Notes under the pieces: generated by a model
Databases searched by the model: none
What the model was told of the DNA's origin: nothing
Seen by the model: the letters and a program-made list of their open reading frames with translations, nothing else
Position numbers and translations under genes: made by a program
In this document: one piece after another, positions 33,853-47,150 of the stretch
How positions within the stretch are numbered: the first letter of the stretch is position 1
Layout: every line of letters starts with the position of its first letter
NCBI GenBank assembly: GCA_040954595.2
Contig: CM082588.2
Coordinates: 6,336,202 to 6,400,201, forward strand
Reading direction: 5' to 3'
Source of the DNA: Balanoglossus misakiensis
Taxonomy: Eukaryota; Animalia; Hemichordata
Length of the DNA stretch: 64,000 nucleotides

Positions 33853-36800
33853 TTATCTGATTCTGTCCCATCGCCAGACAGTTCCATCGTCACAGACACA
33901 GATCAGTATGTTTCCATCCCTGGTCATACTGGTTTGACGGATTGCCGTCTGACATTTAGCATGCGACAGAGTTGTGCACCTGAAAGATAACAAATCGAAT
34001 CTTCAATCATTGGCTCTAGGAGTGCCACCCCCTGGATATTCACCTAAACCTTTTCCTACTCTACCCTTTACTTGTGAGTGGTGCATGTTCAGGGGGTGAC
34101 TCTCCTGATATCTATCATAGTCCACACATAATTGATACATACACCAATAAAGTGAATTAATAACAAAATCTTACCGTGATTTCGAAGGATCGTCACCATC
34201 AATATCCCATACATATGTTTTACCCGCTTGATTTCCCAGTGCAAGAATCTATCATTGTCAAAGGAACAGAAAATACTATGTCAGTTTTGTTTGCAGAGCA
34301 ATTATATATTTTGCCAGCACAACGACCATCACAGTATGATCACTGCCATCATCATCATCACCACCACTACCACTATTACCATCACCACCACCACCACCAA
34401 TACCAAATAATCCCCCCATCACCACCAATATCATCACAAAACACACACTGCCATTATACAGTACACACGTCTCACCTTTTGCCAATAATCCATAGTGAAT
34501 CTCATATACCAGATATCACATTGTGTATATTCGAATTTATGTAGAACCGTCACATTGGTTTCGGATGGTATTATTTGGTCCAAGGAATCGCCTATAGACC
34601 CCGGTTTCCAGCAAACAATGCAATTTTCACACGACTGCAAAATTAACAAAATATGGACAAATCAGTCAGCGAGTTATCCACACCTGTAAAGACAACTGAA
34701 GTATTTCCATATTTTGTTTTTCTTAGAAAGATACGAAGTTTCTATTTATACGACACACATACCTTTGAGAGAACAAAGTTACCAAGCCACCTAACACAGT
34801 CGACATAGTTACGATGGATGTCTCTGGTTGAGAAGTCCGGATAGTGGACGTGGTGAGACTGGAACGGTCTGGAATAGAATGGAAACATTCACCATACACG
34901 TATGCTACGGATATTATATGCTGCAATACAATATAATACAATACAATACCAGACAATACAGTGTACAAGTACAGCCGCAATGGACCACAAAAGGATAGCA
35001 AATTCAATGCAAAGGAGCAAAGAACTTCTTTTTAATACCAAAAGCGCGACTGCAAATACAGTCAAAAGCAAATATGCAAGTGAAAAACAGGCATTCTGTA
35101 TTCTTTTTCAGAGTAAAAGATTAACTGAAACTGAACGTATATCCTTACTTGTCTGTCTTTGATGGGCTGTAGTCGTACGATCTCTTGATGGCGTCTTTTA
35201 TTGGTTTTGTATCAAAATTCCACATTTTTAACGAATGATCCATACCGCATGACATAATTCTTTTCCCGTCTAAGTCAAAGTCCTAATAATGACAAAATTA
35301 CAAATTCAAGTAATAGAGGGGATTATATTTCACAACTGAGTGTATATCTAGTGAAAAAAAATATAACAAACTCATAGAGTCTAAGCTTGCACTGATCTGA
35401 CCCACAATGATTCTGTCTCCCTCAGACTCGACTTAGCATACATTGCATACGTGCATAAATTCAATTGATGCCTAATATCACACTTGACAAGAACTTACAG
35501 CACTCAACACTTCGTCTCTGTGTCCATCAATACCACCCAGGATAAGTACGCATGTATCTGTCTTGATGTTCCAAAGTCTGAGAGCATGGTCTGCAAGAGG
35601 AGAGGAAAAAAGTGTTCATATTTTGTATCATCATCATCATCATCTACAATCTCAACTACATGTACATATCAGGTGATTCATTGTGTTAATGCATACTCCG
35701 CTGTGAGATTTTCTAATAACCTCATATTACCTTTGCTGACAGAGAGCAGTAGATTCTGATCGTGTGGATGGAATTTCAGTTCATTCACCGCATTGCCATG
35801 TCCTACATAATGCTGCAAAAAATATCACAAGAAATATACAGTTTAATATCTCAACAAATTAATTATTCCCCTAGGAACAGACTGTAATGCATTGGTGAAG
35901 ATGCAATCAAAATTATTCAACTATGGAATGCATGATTGCAGAATGAACTATTCATGAGTCTAATTCATTCTCCTGGTATGTTGGTTTAATTGCACTGATC
36001 ATACATTATTTTCCACTTCAGCTGATTTTTTTGTAATGTTAAACTTTTAACTAAAATTAGTAATTGCTTGAAAAGACAGTGAATTCCCTGCAGATCGCTG
36101 TGTAATGTTGTTTGATTTTGTACAATTATGCTGATTAAAGCTTGCCCTCTGGTTTACCTTATGACCTCACCAAAAGACAAGCTAATCTCCATAAAAAAGA
36201 AGAAGAAACTGGACACAAGAATTGGAACAGTACATGAATAAGCCTCTGTCTTGAAACTGACCACGGATAAACTTGTAGACTGCCTGACTAAATTTTACCT
36301 TGACACACTGCAAACTGATCGGACTGACCAATCGGATTATTCCCCTGGATCCGGCAACAGCCAATAGTGGTGCACCGGTGCTTTCATCAATAGTCCACGC
36401 ACAAGTGTAAAAATTTTCATCTGCCTACAGATTATGCGAAAGCTAAGGAACATTTACAACAGTTAGATTTTCCTTTGAATTTCAATACATTCACAATGTC
36501 TGTATTGTATAACAAATTATTTCTCACTGACACTTTTTTGTTTCGCTTGTCTAAAATCAAGGATACATCTGGATCGCAATAACTCTGCAAGAGTTTAATT
36601 CCGCCGTCGTCTTGAATCTCATAGATCGTGACTCTGTTACTGCCGACACTGGAGAAGATCTGGCGGTCGCCTTCTTGGCAGTTGTGGTTGAACTGAACGC
36701 CGAACAGGGGCTGGCCGTGGTCTTCTTTCACCATGCTCGTACACTTGTACTGTAACTTGCACTTCTTGTTCTTCCACTTTCCTCTGGGGAACTTCCTGGC

Positions 36801-37555
36801 CAACGTTGTCGGGGTGTCTGATCGGGAACTGGGTTCATCTAGTGTGGACGTGCTTGCTGTGCTTCTTGCTTCCTCTACGTCCTGTACGTCAAAAGGAAAT
36901 GCGCTGTGAGGTTTGATGATTTGTTCGCTATTACATTCTGGCTCAAGAAGTTGTAGGTCAGATGTTGTATGTCCGAAGCCCTACAAATACATATGTTGCG
37001 TTGCATTGATGATTAGTAGGGTTATGGAAATCTAATCAACGACGACGTAAAGGCTTCGCATGGGTGCCTGATTACATGCATCTATTCCACGCAGTTGACA
37101 GACCCACAGCAAGAAAACTAGCAAGCGTATACTGGTAGTTTTGTGTGCAAGGGTTGTGTGAGTGGAGGCGCAGTCCCACGGTCGCTAGCAACACACAGAC
37201 TGTGCACAAACAGGCAGAGCTAGTGCTGCTGTGGTTGCTGCAGTAATATAGCTCGAGACTACCGTATGTCTGACGCGTGTACCGCAGGTTGTACCATATA
37301 CCGTGGCGCGAAAGGGTCTATGGTTGTACACATGTCACGTAATAGACAATGTGTACATTTCATTTGTACCGGTATGATTATCACCACTTCTAATCTGAAC
37401 TTAGAAATGGCAGTAACGTTAACTTTACACAGTATCGGCTAAAAACTTATCTAACTTACGTTTTCATCTCCAGAAATATCATTTAACAGCCCATTCTCTG
37501 CCAATTTGGCTTTCTTTGACGGTGGACACAGTCCCGTCTCCTCTACGTCCGACAT
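33853..37555 (-). CDS. EED: Polycomb protein EED (WD40 subunit of PRC2), 436 aa
   Basis: Exons 37460-37555, 36567-36881, 36299-36424, 35731-35812, 35499-35590, 35149-35282, 34763-34868, 34476-34634, 34175-34248, 33853-33979 (1311 nt). Motifs [68 protein letters not shown] and WRWDRIR*. Confidence 0.96.
34018..34106. mobile_element. ~90-bp MITE-like inverted repeat in the last EED intron
   Basis: aggagtgccaccccctggatat versus atgttcagggggtgactctcct (imperfect TIR). Similar half-elements at ~10820-10850 and ~10930-10958. Confidence 0.5.
34345..34435. repeat. (CAT)/(CAC) trinucleotide low-complexity tract
   Basis: Intronic; gives spurious poly-His and poly-Thr ORFs. Confidence 0.85.
36425..36566 (-). 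other. U12-type (minor spliceosome) GT-AG intron, EED intron 2
   Basis: 5' splice site GTATCCTTG; branch-like TTCCTTAGC about 17 nt before the AG; no polypyrimidine tract. Confidence 0.8.
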
Positions 37556-38371
37556 GTTGGCTTCCCGCGGAAACGTAAAAGGGTACTTTCAAAATAAACT
37601 TATGCTAGACTGTGGGCCGGAGATCGGGGATCGACGACCAGACAATCATCATCGACTTAGTCAAAAAGAGGAATACTGATAAACTCCTAACGAGGAAATT
37701 TTCCGTGAAGTAAAGTTTTATAATTCCATGTTGTCTGAAAAATTGTAGAACGGACTTTTAGGAAGCCGTAAAATGCATGCCATTTTTACGACAACCGTTC
37801 CAGTGTCCAAAGCCTGAGAATGTTGCACACGGCAAAGTTTGCACGAAAACACTTTCAATCCGCTCTACTTAGTATCAACGAACTAAAGATCCTGATTTTC
37901 TATCAAATGAATTTACAACTTCGGGTTTTTCGAGATATTTAGGAATCGGAAGTGATATCTACTATAAGCAGATGTAGCCTGTCTGTGTGACTCTGATTGG
38001 ATAGTGCTCAAGTTGGTAACTGAATTATAATTTGATTATCATGTCATTTTGCTGACTTAGGGGACGCATTTTGTAATGCATGCAACACAGTTATGTGAAA
38101 AGGAGTAAAATTCTAATTATAACTATTTGCCGACTCATCAAAGTTGTCCTGATAAAAAAATGTTTTTAACAAGTGTGAATGGGAATATCCAATCACGAAA
38201 CTTGTTATGTAGCAGCAAAATGACGTAGGCTACCATCTACGCACGCGCAAAGGGGTACGTCGGAGGCAGACAAAACACAGTGAAAGACCGTGTGAATTTC
38301 AGTATTTATTTACGGTGCGATCTTCCAGATTTTGGTCACTTTTCACTACGGATTGACGGAAGTTGGAGAAT
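37556..38371. promoter_or_regulatory. Bidirectional promoter shared by EED and macoilin
   Basis: Divergent ATGs are 816 bp apart. CGGAAGTG (ETS-like, ~37947), CCAAT boxes in both orientations (~37996, ~38189) and TGACGT (38221) are present. Confidence 0.65.
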
Positions 38372-41300
38372 ATGAAGAGGCGAAATGCCGACTGTGGCAA
38401 ACTCAGACGCCCTTTGAAGCGAAATAAGATCACAGAAGGGATTTATGGAAGGTAGGTTATCATCGCCTGTCGACAGAGAGCTCAATGTTTTAAGGTCATC
38501 GCTGAGACTAAACCGTATACGTATTCGACGTCTTGTCACTAGGCTGAAGAGATCTTGCGATGCTAAATGATCAAAATGTAACGTCTTGTTTCTCTTTAAT
38601 ACTCTGAGCATAGTTTCCTTCAGATGAATTTCCCGTGGTGACTTGTCGATCGTCTGGATCGAAATACGCATCTCGGCAACGCGCGATCAAAAACAACAGA
38701 GCATGTGTTTCCGTGAACCGAAACACGTTGGAAATTGACATAGATTGGACGTATATATCATCACAGATCTTGTACAGTTCTCGAAATTTCCACGGAAAGG
38801 CTCTCGTGTCATTTCTCCATACCTTTGGACGCTCAGAAAAAACATCAATAAACTGAGATCTGTCTGAAACCACACATTTGTTACAGTGAAATTGACAGGT
38901 TCTATGTTTGTTTCAGTAGCGAAACCCCGCCATACGTCCTTTGTGTCACTAAGGTCGGATTTCTCGAATACCAGATAATTTTATTAGCCCATTTACAAAA
39001 TGCTTTACGTTTTGTCCTCTTCTGCACTGGGAAGATTCGATCCCCCCTTTGACCCATATTGGACGCCATTACCGATTATGTCATAGGATCAACAATTGCT
39101 AATCAGATACTAATTTATCAGTTATGTCAACTGGAAATTCACACCAGTGTAAACTTAACTGTTCGAAATTGCGATCCTTATCTCACCTGCGATGTAGCTG
39201 CAGCACTGTAGCTCGAGGTTTTGCCTGGTATTAGGGGGTTGGATAGCAGAACTAGCGCAATCCAACATCCAATGCAATGCTGGGCAAAAACTACAGCTAC
39301 AGTATTGCTGCCACTCTGTACTGTAAATCACCCCTAAATGTGTCAATGTTTAATCATTTATATACAAGGAACTGTTGCCTCCATCTATATGAACTTCTTC
39401 ACAAACAATTTTAACATGCAGTTTATATTATTATTTATAATGAAATTGTTACATAATGGAATTGACATCCTTGCAAATTGGTAGATGTTATTCATAAATA
39501 TTAAAATAGGCAGCTTAGATGGGGGTCTATTAATTTAACTCGGAGTATATATCCATTCATAATATATTTGTCTCAAGGTGTTACAGAAAATTACCAAATA
39601 ATATCTGACAAAATAACATCAAGAACTGGTTGACATTGATTATTATCAATGAAAATTGAGGATATTTGGTTTTGTTTGTTTTCATGAGAAATTGCTGTGG
39701 CCTATTTTGTTGATGAAAGGGGCCAATGCCCCAGTTTCACTTTTGAAGGGGAGTGTTGCTCACTCTGCATATGAACATGGACAATGTCCTAATTACCTGT
39801 CTCTTGTAGGCTCAGTTAATATGGGAAATTAGTTTTCACCCTACGCTATTATATTTTGTCAAAGAGGTGTTGAAAATGCCCATTTCACTGAGAGTGCCTT
39901 CCATTTGATTCCTACTGCACTGACAGGCCTATATAGATTTACATATCATAAAACATGACACATTTGTTAAGTAGAATCATGCATAAAGTGATCCTTAGTA
40001 TCTGTTTAGAGGATTTCATCCTATCAAGCTACGTATAATCTCTACAATGTAAGGCAGTAAACCTTGAACAAATACTAATCCATGAAAGATAAGAGATCAT
40101 TACTACGATTCACACCTCTTCAAAGAACAAATTCACGTCATGATGTCCATAACACTTTTAAATGTGTGAATTGATGGTCAGATGATGTCATTGTAAATGT
40201 ACAAGTCCAATGATGCTGTAGAATTCAGTGTTAAGAAGTGTTCATGTTGTTCGAAAGTGAAACTGGTTGAATGTTGAATGAAATTTTGTAGTGCAAAACA
40301 AGTCTTTCTGAATGTAGATGAATTTATAGCATATAATTTGAATTGTGTGAATGAACATAATAGTATTAAGTGTTTGCAGTTATAAATGTCAAGACATTCA
40401 ACAGACTGATATGTTCAGTCGTAAATTTGCCGGCACAAGTACCGGATGCTATTGCATGTTGCTATGTTACAGATGATTCTAGGTAGGGGTCTGTACACCA
40501 TCTCGTGTGTGCCAAGGAATTTCATAAGATCTCACATTGATAACAGAGGTCTCAGAATCCCTTGTGTCAGAATGATGGAACGTGTAAAGCCAGACATAGA
40601 GATTCCATGTAGATTATCAAGTACATGTACAATGTGTATGCCATATCCTACAGCTCAGATATACAAGTCTTGTGTCGATAAATATTTGTCAAGAGTTCGA
40701 AAGATCTTGTGATATCAGCAGAAGTGAAATGGCAAATGCCGTAATGGAGACCTCAAGCATGCAAAATCAGGATTAGGCCTGTAGCCATAGCAACAAGTCA
40801 TCATAAATTAATGCTTGATTAGTTGGGTCTAATCGACCGCATAGACATTTTCATGTATGAGTTGACATGTTCCTAAATGTACTGTAATCTGACACAGATG
40901 CAGACTTGCAGTGTTTTAGGTGGATCTTCCTAAATTGTTTCATTTTAAATCTACAATAATAAATATGTTGGGATTCTGATGTACAGAGTGTTACAGTATA
41001 GCTGGACTAACAGATTATCATACAAATAGCCATTGGCACATCTTCTCGGTCTCACCTGCTTACAACTGTAAACAGGATATTCAGCTTGTGCAAAAACATG
41101 TTCTGCCAGTGTCATGAGCAGATGGAAAATTGAATGGTTAATTTAAAAACAACCTTTGAGCAGGTAAAAGATTGTTCAGAAATATCTTAGCAAAGGTACT
41201 TTTAGGCAAAGAGAGCAGGGGATTATGTTGACTAGGTCAGATGGTTAGGTCAGTGGAGTGTTGAACACCGGTGCTATACTGTGTCTGGATAGGGGAGGCT

Positions 41301-42354
41301 GAATTAGGAACTGATGCTAGTCATATTGCCCTGTCAGGACATTAAACTGTGCACATGTATATGTGTGTACTGGCAATCTAATGTTTGTAATGTGTAAAGG
41401 TAGTTTTAAAATGTGTGTCTATGCATATAATGATGTTCAATTTCCAGTAGGTACATGTAATATGGTGTCCAGCCTTCCATTTACATATTATATGTACAGT
41501 CTGTATAACTATTAACAAGCAATTATCGGGTCGTTATCAGTACAGTCCAGCCTCAGCCTACATGTATATCATTTGTATGTCATGGTAGCCTGCTTACGTG
41601 AGTGACAGGCCTGCCAGGAAAGGGTTACATATAAATGATATATACGTTGTAAGTATACAATGTACACCCTGTGTAACTTGCGTGTAAACTCAGAGAAGAT
41701 TGAAAGATGGCTGTCATAGTCACAGTGCAGCAGTCATGGTTCAATGGCAGTGGTTTCCGTAGCCAGGTACCAGTACTTTCACACTGTATAAATGGTACGA
41801 TAGTAACTAAATGATAAAACATATTACTATTTTTAGCTGTTAGTTTATACTAGATAGGAGGTCACTTGACATAGTTTGACCTTGACATGATATTTTACCA
41901 CAGCTACCATTTCATTTCATTTTGCAGTTCTAACATCTCATTTTTTTTCTCTTTTTTTGTTTCTCAGCACCTTCCTCTACTTGAAATTCTTGATGATATG
42001 GGCGCTGGTCTTACTGGCCGACTTCATCCTGGAGTTTCGTTTTGAGTATCTCTGGCCGTTTTGGTTGTTGCTCCGCAGTGTCTATGATTCATTTAAATAC
42101 CAAGGACTGGTGAGTGGAAATTTGGATGACTACAGACCGGAATTGACAAAAGGAAATTTGGGTTTTGACAGTGGAAGAAACATCAGGAAGACACGCAAAA
42201 GGGAAAGGTTTAAAAAATACATGATGAGCAATGCAAAAACATGGAAAAGTTATATAAACAAAATGGGTAGAAGTTTAAAAATAACAGCCAAACAAATATG
42301 AAAATGATATATTGGCACAAGGTGAAATTAAAAAAAAGCTGGTACATACATACA

Positions 42355-42388
<34 letters not shown>

Positions 42389-45300
42389 CATACATACATA
42401 CATACATACATGGAAATATCGTCAGAATTGCAGAAACTTATAATGATGTGCAATGTTGAAGTAGTCAAGGGTTTCATTACAAGAGAAGTACTAACCATTA
42501 TTATTAAATTCTATTTCAGGCTTTTTCAGTGTTCTTCATTTGTATAGCCTTCACATCAGATATGGTCTGCTTGCTCTTCATCCCGGTACACTGGTTATTT
42601 TTCGCCGCCAGCACTTATGTGTGGGTTCAGTTTGTTTGGCATACTGGTAAGTACCTTTTTTCCATTAATTAAGTTTGATACAAGACACTGCTAATGTTAT
42701 TCTACATGTGGATATATAGTGAATCAACATTCGACCACAGAAGTTTTCAATTTTGCAGAAACTTCTCTGTCCGTGTAGTTACTCACTCGTTTTGTTTCTT
42801 GTTTCAGAACGTGGAATATGTCTCCCAACAATCTCTCTTTGGTTGCTGTTTGTTTACATTGAAGCATCAGTCCGCCTGAGAGAACTCCGAACAGCATTAC
42901 CGTTTCATTTAGACCTGTGTCGACCGTTTGCAGCACACTGGTGAGTGTGGTGTGTGGGAACTCAAAGATGAATTGTCATTAAAGGAACAAAGTCTCTCTC
43001 TCGCTGCCCTTTTCCCACTTATTATGTTTGATACAAGACACCATTGATAATTCTACATGTGGATATATAGTGAATCAACATTCCACCACACACAACTTCC
43101 ATCCCACTTGTTGACATGAGAGATTCATTCATGATATATGACCTCTGCATCTCTGTGGTGTTTCCTCTTTTCAGCATTGGTTACCCGATGGTCACGCTGG
43201 GTTTTGGTGTCAAAAGTTACGTTAGTTATAGAATGAGGTTACGAAAACAAAAAGAGGTAGCGAAAGACAACGAATTTTATATGCAGCTACTTCAGCAAGC
43301 CTTGCCACCAGAACAACAGACATTCTCAACATCATCATCAATGTCAGAAAAAACAAAAGGTGGGTGGCTCTTTTCGGGTATTGCATTTTGTACGAGAGTT
43401 GAACTCAACTCGGAAGATGTTTGTCAAGAAATGTGATCTTGTTTGTGAAGAGATTAACCCTAATGCTACTGGGTGTCATATCTGTTTAGAGTGTCAAGTC
43501 CCTTAAAATACGTATTTGCCACTTTTTCTTCTAAAACGTATTTTGACTGTCTTGACATGGCTCTCATATGTACTTAGACACACTTGACAGTCTGAGCCCC
43601 CTGTAAAATGTACCAAATCGCACTGTATTGGTCTGAGGGTCTTGTTTAGGCCCTACTGATTAACACACACTTGGCAGTCTAACAGGCCTGAGATTCTATT
43701 ATTCTTGGTACTCTGGAAATCAAACCAGTTTCAACTGACTTGGCAGCGTTAGGGTTAATCTTGATTTTATTTTCTCTCTTACAGCTATTTCGACAAACCC
43801 TTCGGAGGAGGTGGTCGCGAACGGCGTCTCGCATAAAAAAGGTGCTTCAATACCCAACGGTACCGGTGCAAAGGGCCCTGTGGACGCAGAGCACAAGGTC
43901 AAGGAGAAGAAGCCCACAAGTAACAATAACTCCTCCTCGGACCCGCCTTCCTCGGGCGGAGGAGACCCCGAGTTCATAGAGACCAAGCTACACAGTAAGC
44001 GTAGCAACCCGGACTTTGACGGGACGAAAGAGAATCTTGCCAACGAGAGTCTGAAATGTTTTAAGCAGGCCAACAGTGCTGCGGGGGGCGGGGCGACGAC
44101 GCCCAAGTCGAAAAACGCCACCATGGCCAAGGAGAACACTCTGGCGCAGAGTAAGAAAAAGAACGCGGCGAAAGCGGAGATTCTGGATTTTACTCCGAAT
44201 GTGGTGACCACGCCGTACAAGGAAGACAAGATGTACAGGTGAGAGATGGAGTTTTGTAGTTTCTGTAGTCGAATAATTAATAAGTGTGAATTTGTCAATA
44301 ATATTTGATCACTAATACAGCACTTCGTCAGGTCTGAACTGGGTCGCAGTGTGACAAATAAAATTATTGCTTACCATACATCTTACATATACAAGTCATG
44401 CATCTGTTTACATGTAGAGTGGATCATATTTTTCCAATATACAAGCAAATAGCTGTATTCCAAATCATTCTAGACCGACATCAATATATCCTTCTGCTAG
44501 ATGTATCAAAACATATAATGCCTGGGGGAATATGTCTTTTTGATTGAAAAGTCCGCCTGGGCTCTCGACAGGAAATAACTGCAATTTTAAATCGTCATTG
44601 TAAATGTCACAGGTCCTTGGGCAAGCAGGAAACCATTAGCAGTACTAATTTGCAGATTTGTTGACACTTTTCATGGTCATTGCAAAATCACTTCTTAATT
44701 TCAACACGAAATCAAGCAAGACAGTAGATTTGATGGCACTTGCTTGATATTGTGTCAGTCTGCTGTAGTGGCAAGCGTCTTGAAAATTGGAGAGAAATAT
44801 AGTCGGCAATTTGGCTGGGGAACTGACTACCGTATTTGACTGTCGCAAATAAATATGAAAAAGTCATGAACTTTGGCTGAACAAATTGTAGATAAACCAT
44901 TTTTCTTCTGAAACATTACAACGGTGTTTTCATGAACTATCGTTTGTTTCCATAGACTGGAGGCAGATATCAAAAGGCTCAAGGCTGACTTGCAGAGCAG
45001 CAGGCAGACAGAGCAGGATCTGCGTTCCCAGATCATGTCAATGCAGTTGGAGGAAAAATCATTGAAATCAGAGGTTCAAAAAATGAGAGACAACAACGAA
45101 AACCTACAACAGAGGTATGTTTTCCATTTGTTACATTTTGTTTTGAGGAAATTTATCCATTTGGTCAAATCAGGAATTTATGTACAGTGTTAAAGGGACA
45201 AAGTCTCTCTCTCGCTGCCTTTCTTCCGTATATTATGTTTGATACAAGACACCGTTCATGTTATTCTACATGTGGATATATCGTGAATCAACGTTCAACC

Positions 45301-47150
45301 ACACACAACTGCCATCCTGCATGTATGATATGAGAGTAAAAACCCGCCCCAAATGAATAAATGGTAGAGACCGATTATCCATTTTAGCGAGTTTTTTGTC
45401 CCTTTAACCTTTATAAAACCGTTATAATGCTAGTGTCATAATTAGGTATGCAAAAGCTTTGGTGGACGTTTCGTAATGGAAAGTCTGATAGATTCTCAAC
45501 ACTCTCTCTTTCGCATCACATAGGTTGCATAACTTGGTCACTCAGCGACAGCAGGACAAACAGAACCTGAGCAAGTTGGAACAAAAATTAAAACAGGAGA
45601 AGGAGAGTCGTAGCGTCCTCGAGAGCCAACTGCGAGAGGAGCGGAAAAATAAGAAGGCGGAGGAGGCAGCGACCGCACGAGCAGTTGCCATGGCATCCGT
45701 TCGGTGAGAATTAATAACTGCTATCGTTTCATTCTTTCAATACTTTTGTCTACACATTGCTTCAGGTGTCTTTACTGACTGTATATGTCTTGGTAAGGCA
45801 TAGGCTTGATGATTTTACATGTATGCGTGTGATCTCTGTGTTCTGAAGGCAACAGTGTACAGAAACACCTGCCAAAACTGGACACCAAAGGAACTGGAAA
45901 AACGGTTCGCTTTGCAGAGGTGTCTGATTAATAGAGGTTCTTTTAACATGTGGTTCTACGCAAGAGAGACTGTTCAGTATAGACAGGTTTCCAGATAAGA
46001 CAGGGTTCGGTTTAGACAGGTTTTACTGTATCTATGTACTGCTATGAGTAAAGGTTGTTTGACATTATGGGTGTTGTGTGTCTATTGACAGGATGGGAGA
46101 CTGTTCGGACACTTGTAAAGCTCGACGCATGGACTTGACCGAGGAAATCATGGCGCTGAAAAAAGAACATAAAGAGAAGGACGAATTCATGAAAAAAATG
46201 GAGAAGGAAACAGAGGTACATGTAGGTTTCATAAAGACGCAGATCTGAGGAATTCGTTCAGTCATTTTGTTTACAGTCAAAACATGTCTGGAAGTAGAAT
46301 GTTATATGTTGAATTATTATGAAATTTTGTGTAAAATTTACTCAGAGATTTGCGTTTTTGTCTGTGTTTTTTTCCAGCATCTTCGTCAGAAAGAGGAAAT
46401 CCACAAAGAGACAGATCTTCTCATGTCACATCTCTCAGTCATGCAGGATAAAAACGCCCACCTTGAAAACAGTCTCAGTGCCGAGACTCGTTTGAAACTT
46501 GATTTGTTTTCAGCGTTGGGAGATGCTAAACGTCAACTGGAAATAGCGCAAGGTAAAATCACTTTGATCATTCCGACTGTTATGATGGTGGTGTGATAGC
46601 AATTCATTGCCGTAACATCACTAGGCACAAATGTAGACGATATGGATGGCGCAGAAATAGGAAATTAAACACTTGGTATTTTTCTGTGTATGAAAATTGA
46701 AAGGGTTTGTGTTTACACATATCCATTTTCCAAGTGGACATAATTTTCCATTCTCTGCAGGTCTTGATCCAAATTTGAGAAAAAATATGGAAAAAGTTGC
46801 GAATGTTAGATTTTTGAATGACGACGACAAGTTCGCTATGACACTGAAAGGGTTTAAATCCTTGACTATAACAAAACCTCTTGATATCTGATCCAATATT
46901 TCCATTCACGTATTTTCTCCCTACAGGTCAGCTGGAAAAGAAAGACATTGAAATCAACGAATTGAAGTCCAAGATCGCCGAGGTGATGGCTGTCATGCCG
47001 ACCAGTACCTATCCGAGTACCGTCACGTCGTCTGTCAGCTCCGTCACGCCCCGGTATTCCGCGAGCTTCTGTAACCTTGAAAACGACACCCACCACGTGG
47101 GATCGTCCCTGGATCCCAATGCTTCAGTTTATCACCCCAAGCAGAATTGA
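38372..47150 (+). CDS. MACO1: Macoilin (TMEM57), 660 aa
   Basis: Exons 38372-38451, 41968-42109, 42520-42646, 42808-42940, 43175-43359, 43785-44238, 44956-45114, 45524-45703, 46092-46215, 46378-46552, 46927-47150 (1983 nt). N-terminus MKRRNADCGKLRRPLKRNKITEGIYGSTFLYLKFL..., FRFEYLWPFWL, DLCRPFAAHCIGYP, LENSLSAETRLKLDLFSALG and SLDPNASVY are macoilin hallmarks. Confidence 0.96.
42343..42410. repeat. (TACA)n microsatellite
   Basis: Direct run in macoilin intron 2. Confidence 0.9.
43458..43754. mobile_element. piggyBac-like non-autonomous element
   Basis: TTAA flanks (43454-43457 and 43755-43758); termini ccctaatgctac ... gcagcgttaggg. Confidence 0.65.
45194..45403. mobile_element. Kolobok-like element, with partial copies at ~42979-43122 and ~42673-42738
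   Basis: TTAA flanks; TIR agggacaaa / tttgtccct. The internal sequence gtttgatacaagacac...ttctacatgtggatatat(a/c)gtgaatcaac occurs three times in macoilin introns. Confidence 0.78.

Noticed and set aside
34176-34544. Poly-His ORF
   Set aside because: It arises from an intronic CAT/CAC microsatellite antisense to EED.
43720-44298. 192-aa minus-strand ORF
   Set aside because: It is antisense to macoilin exon 6.
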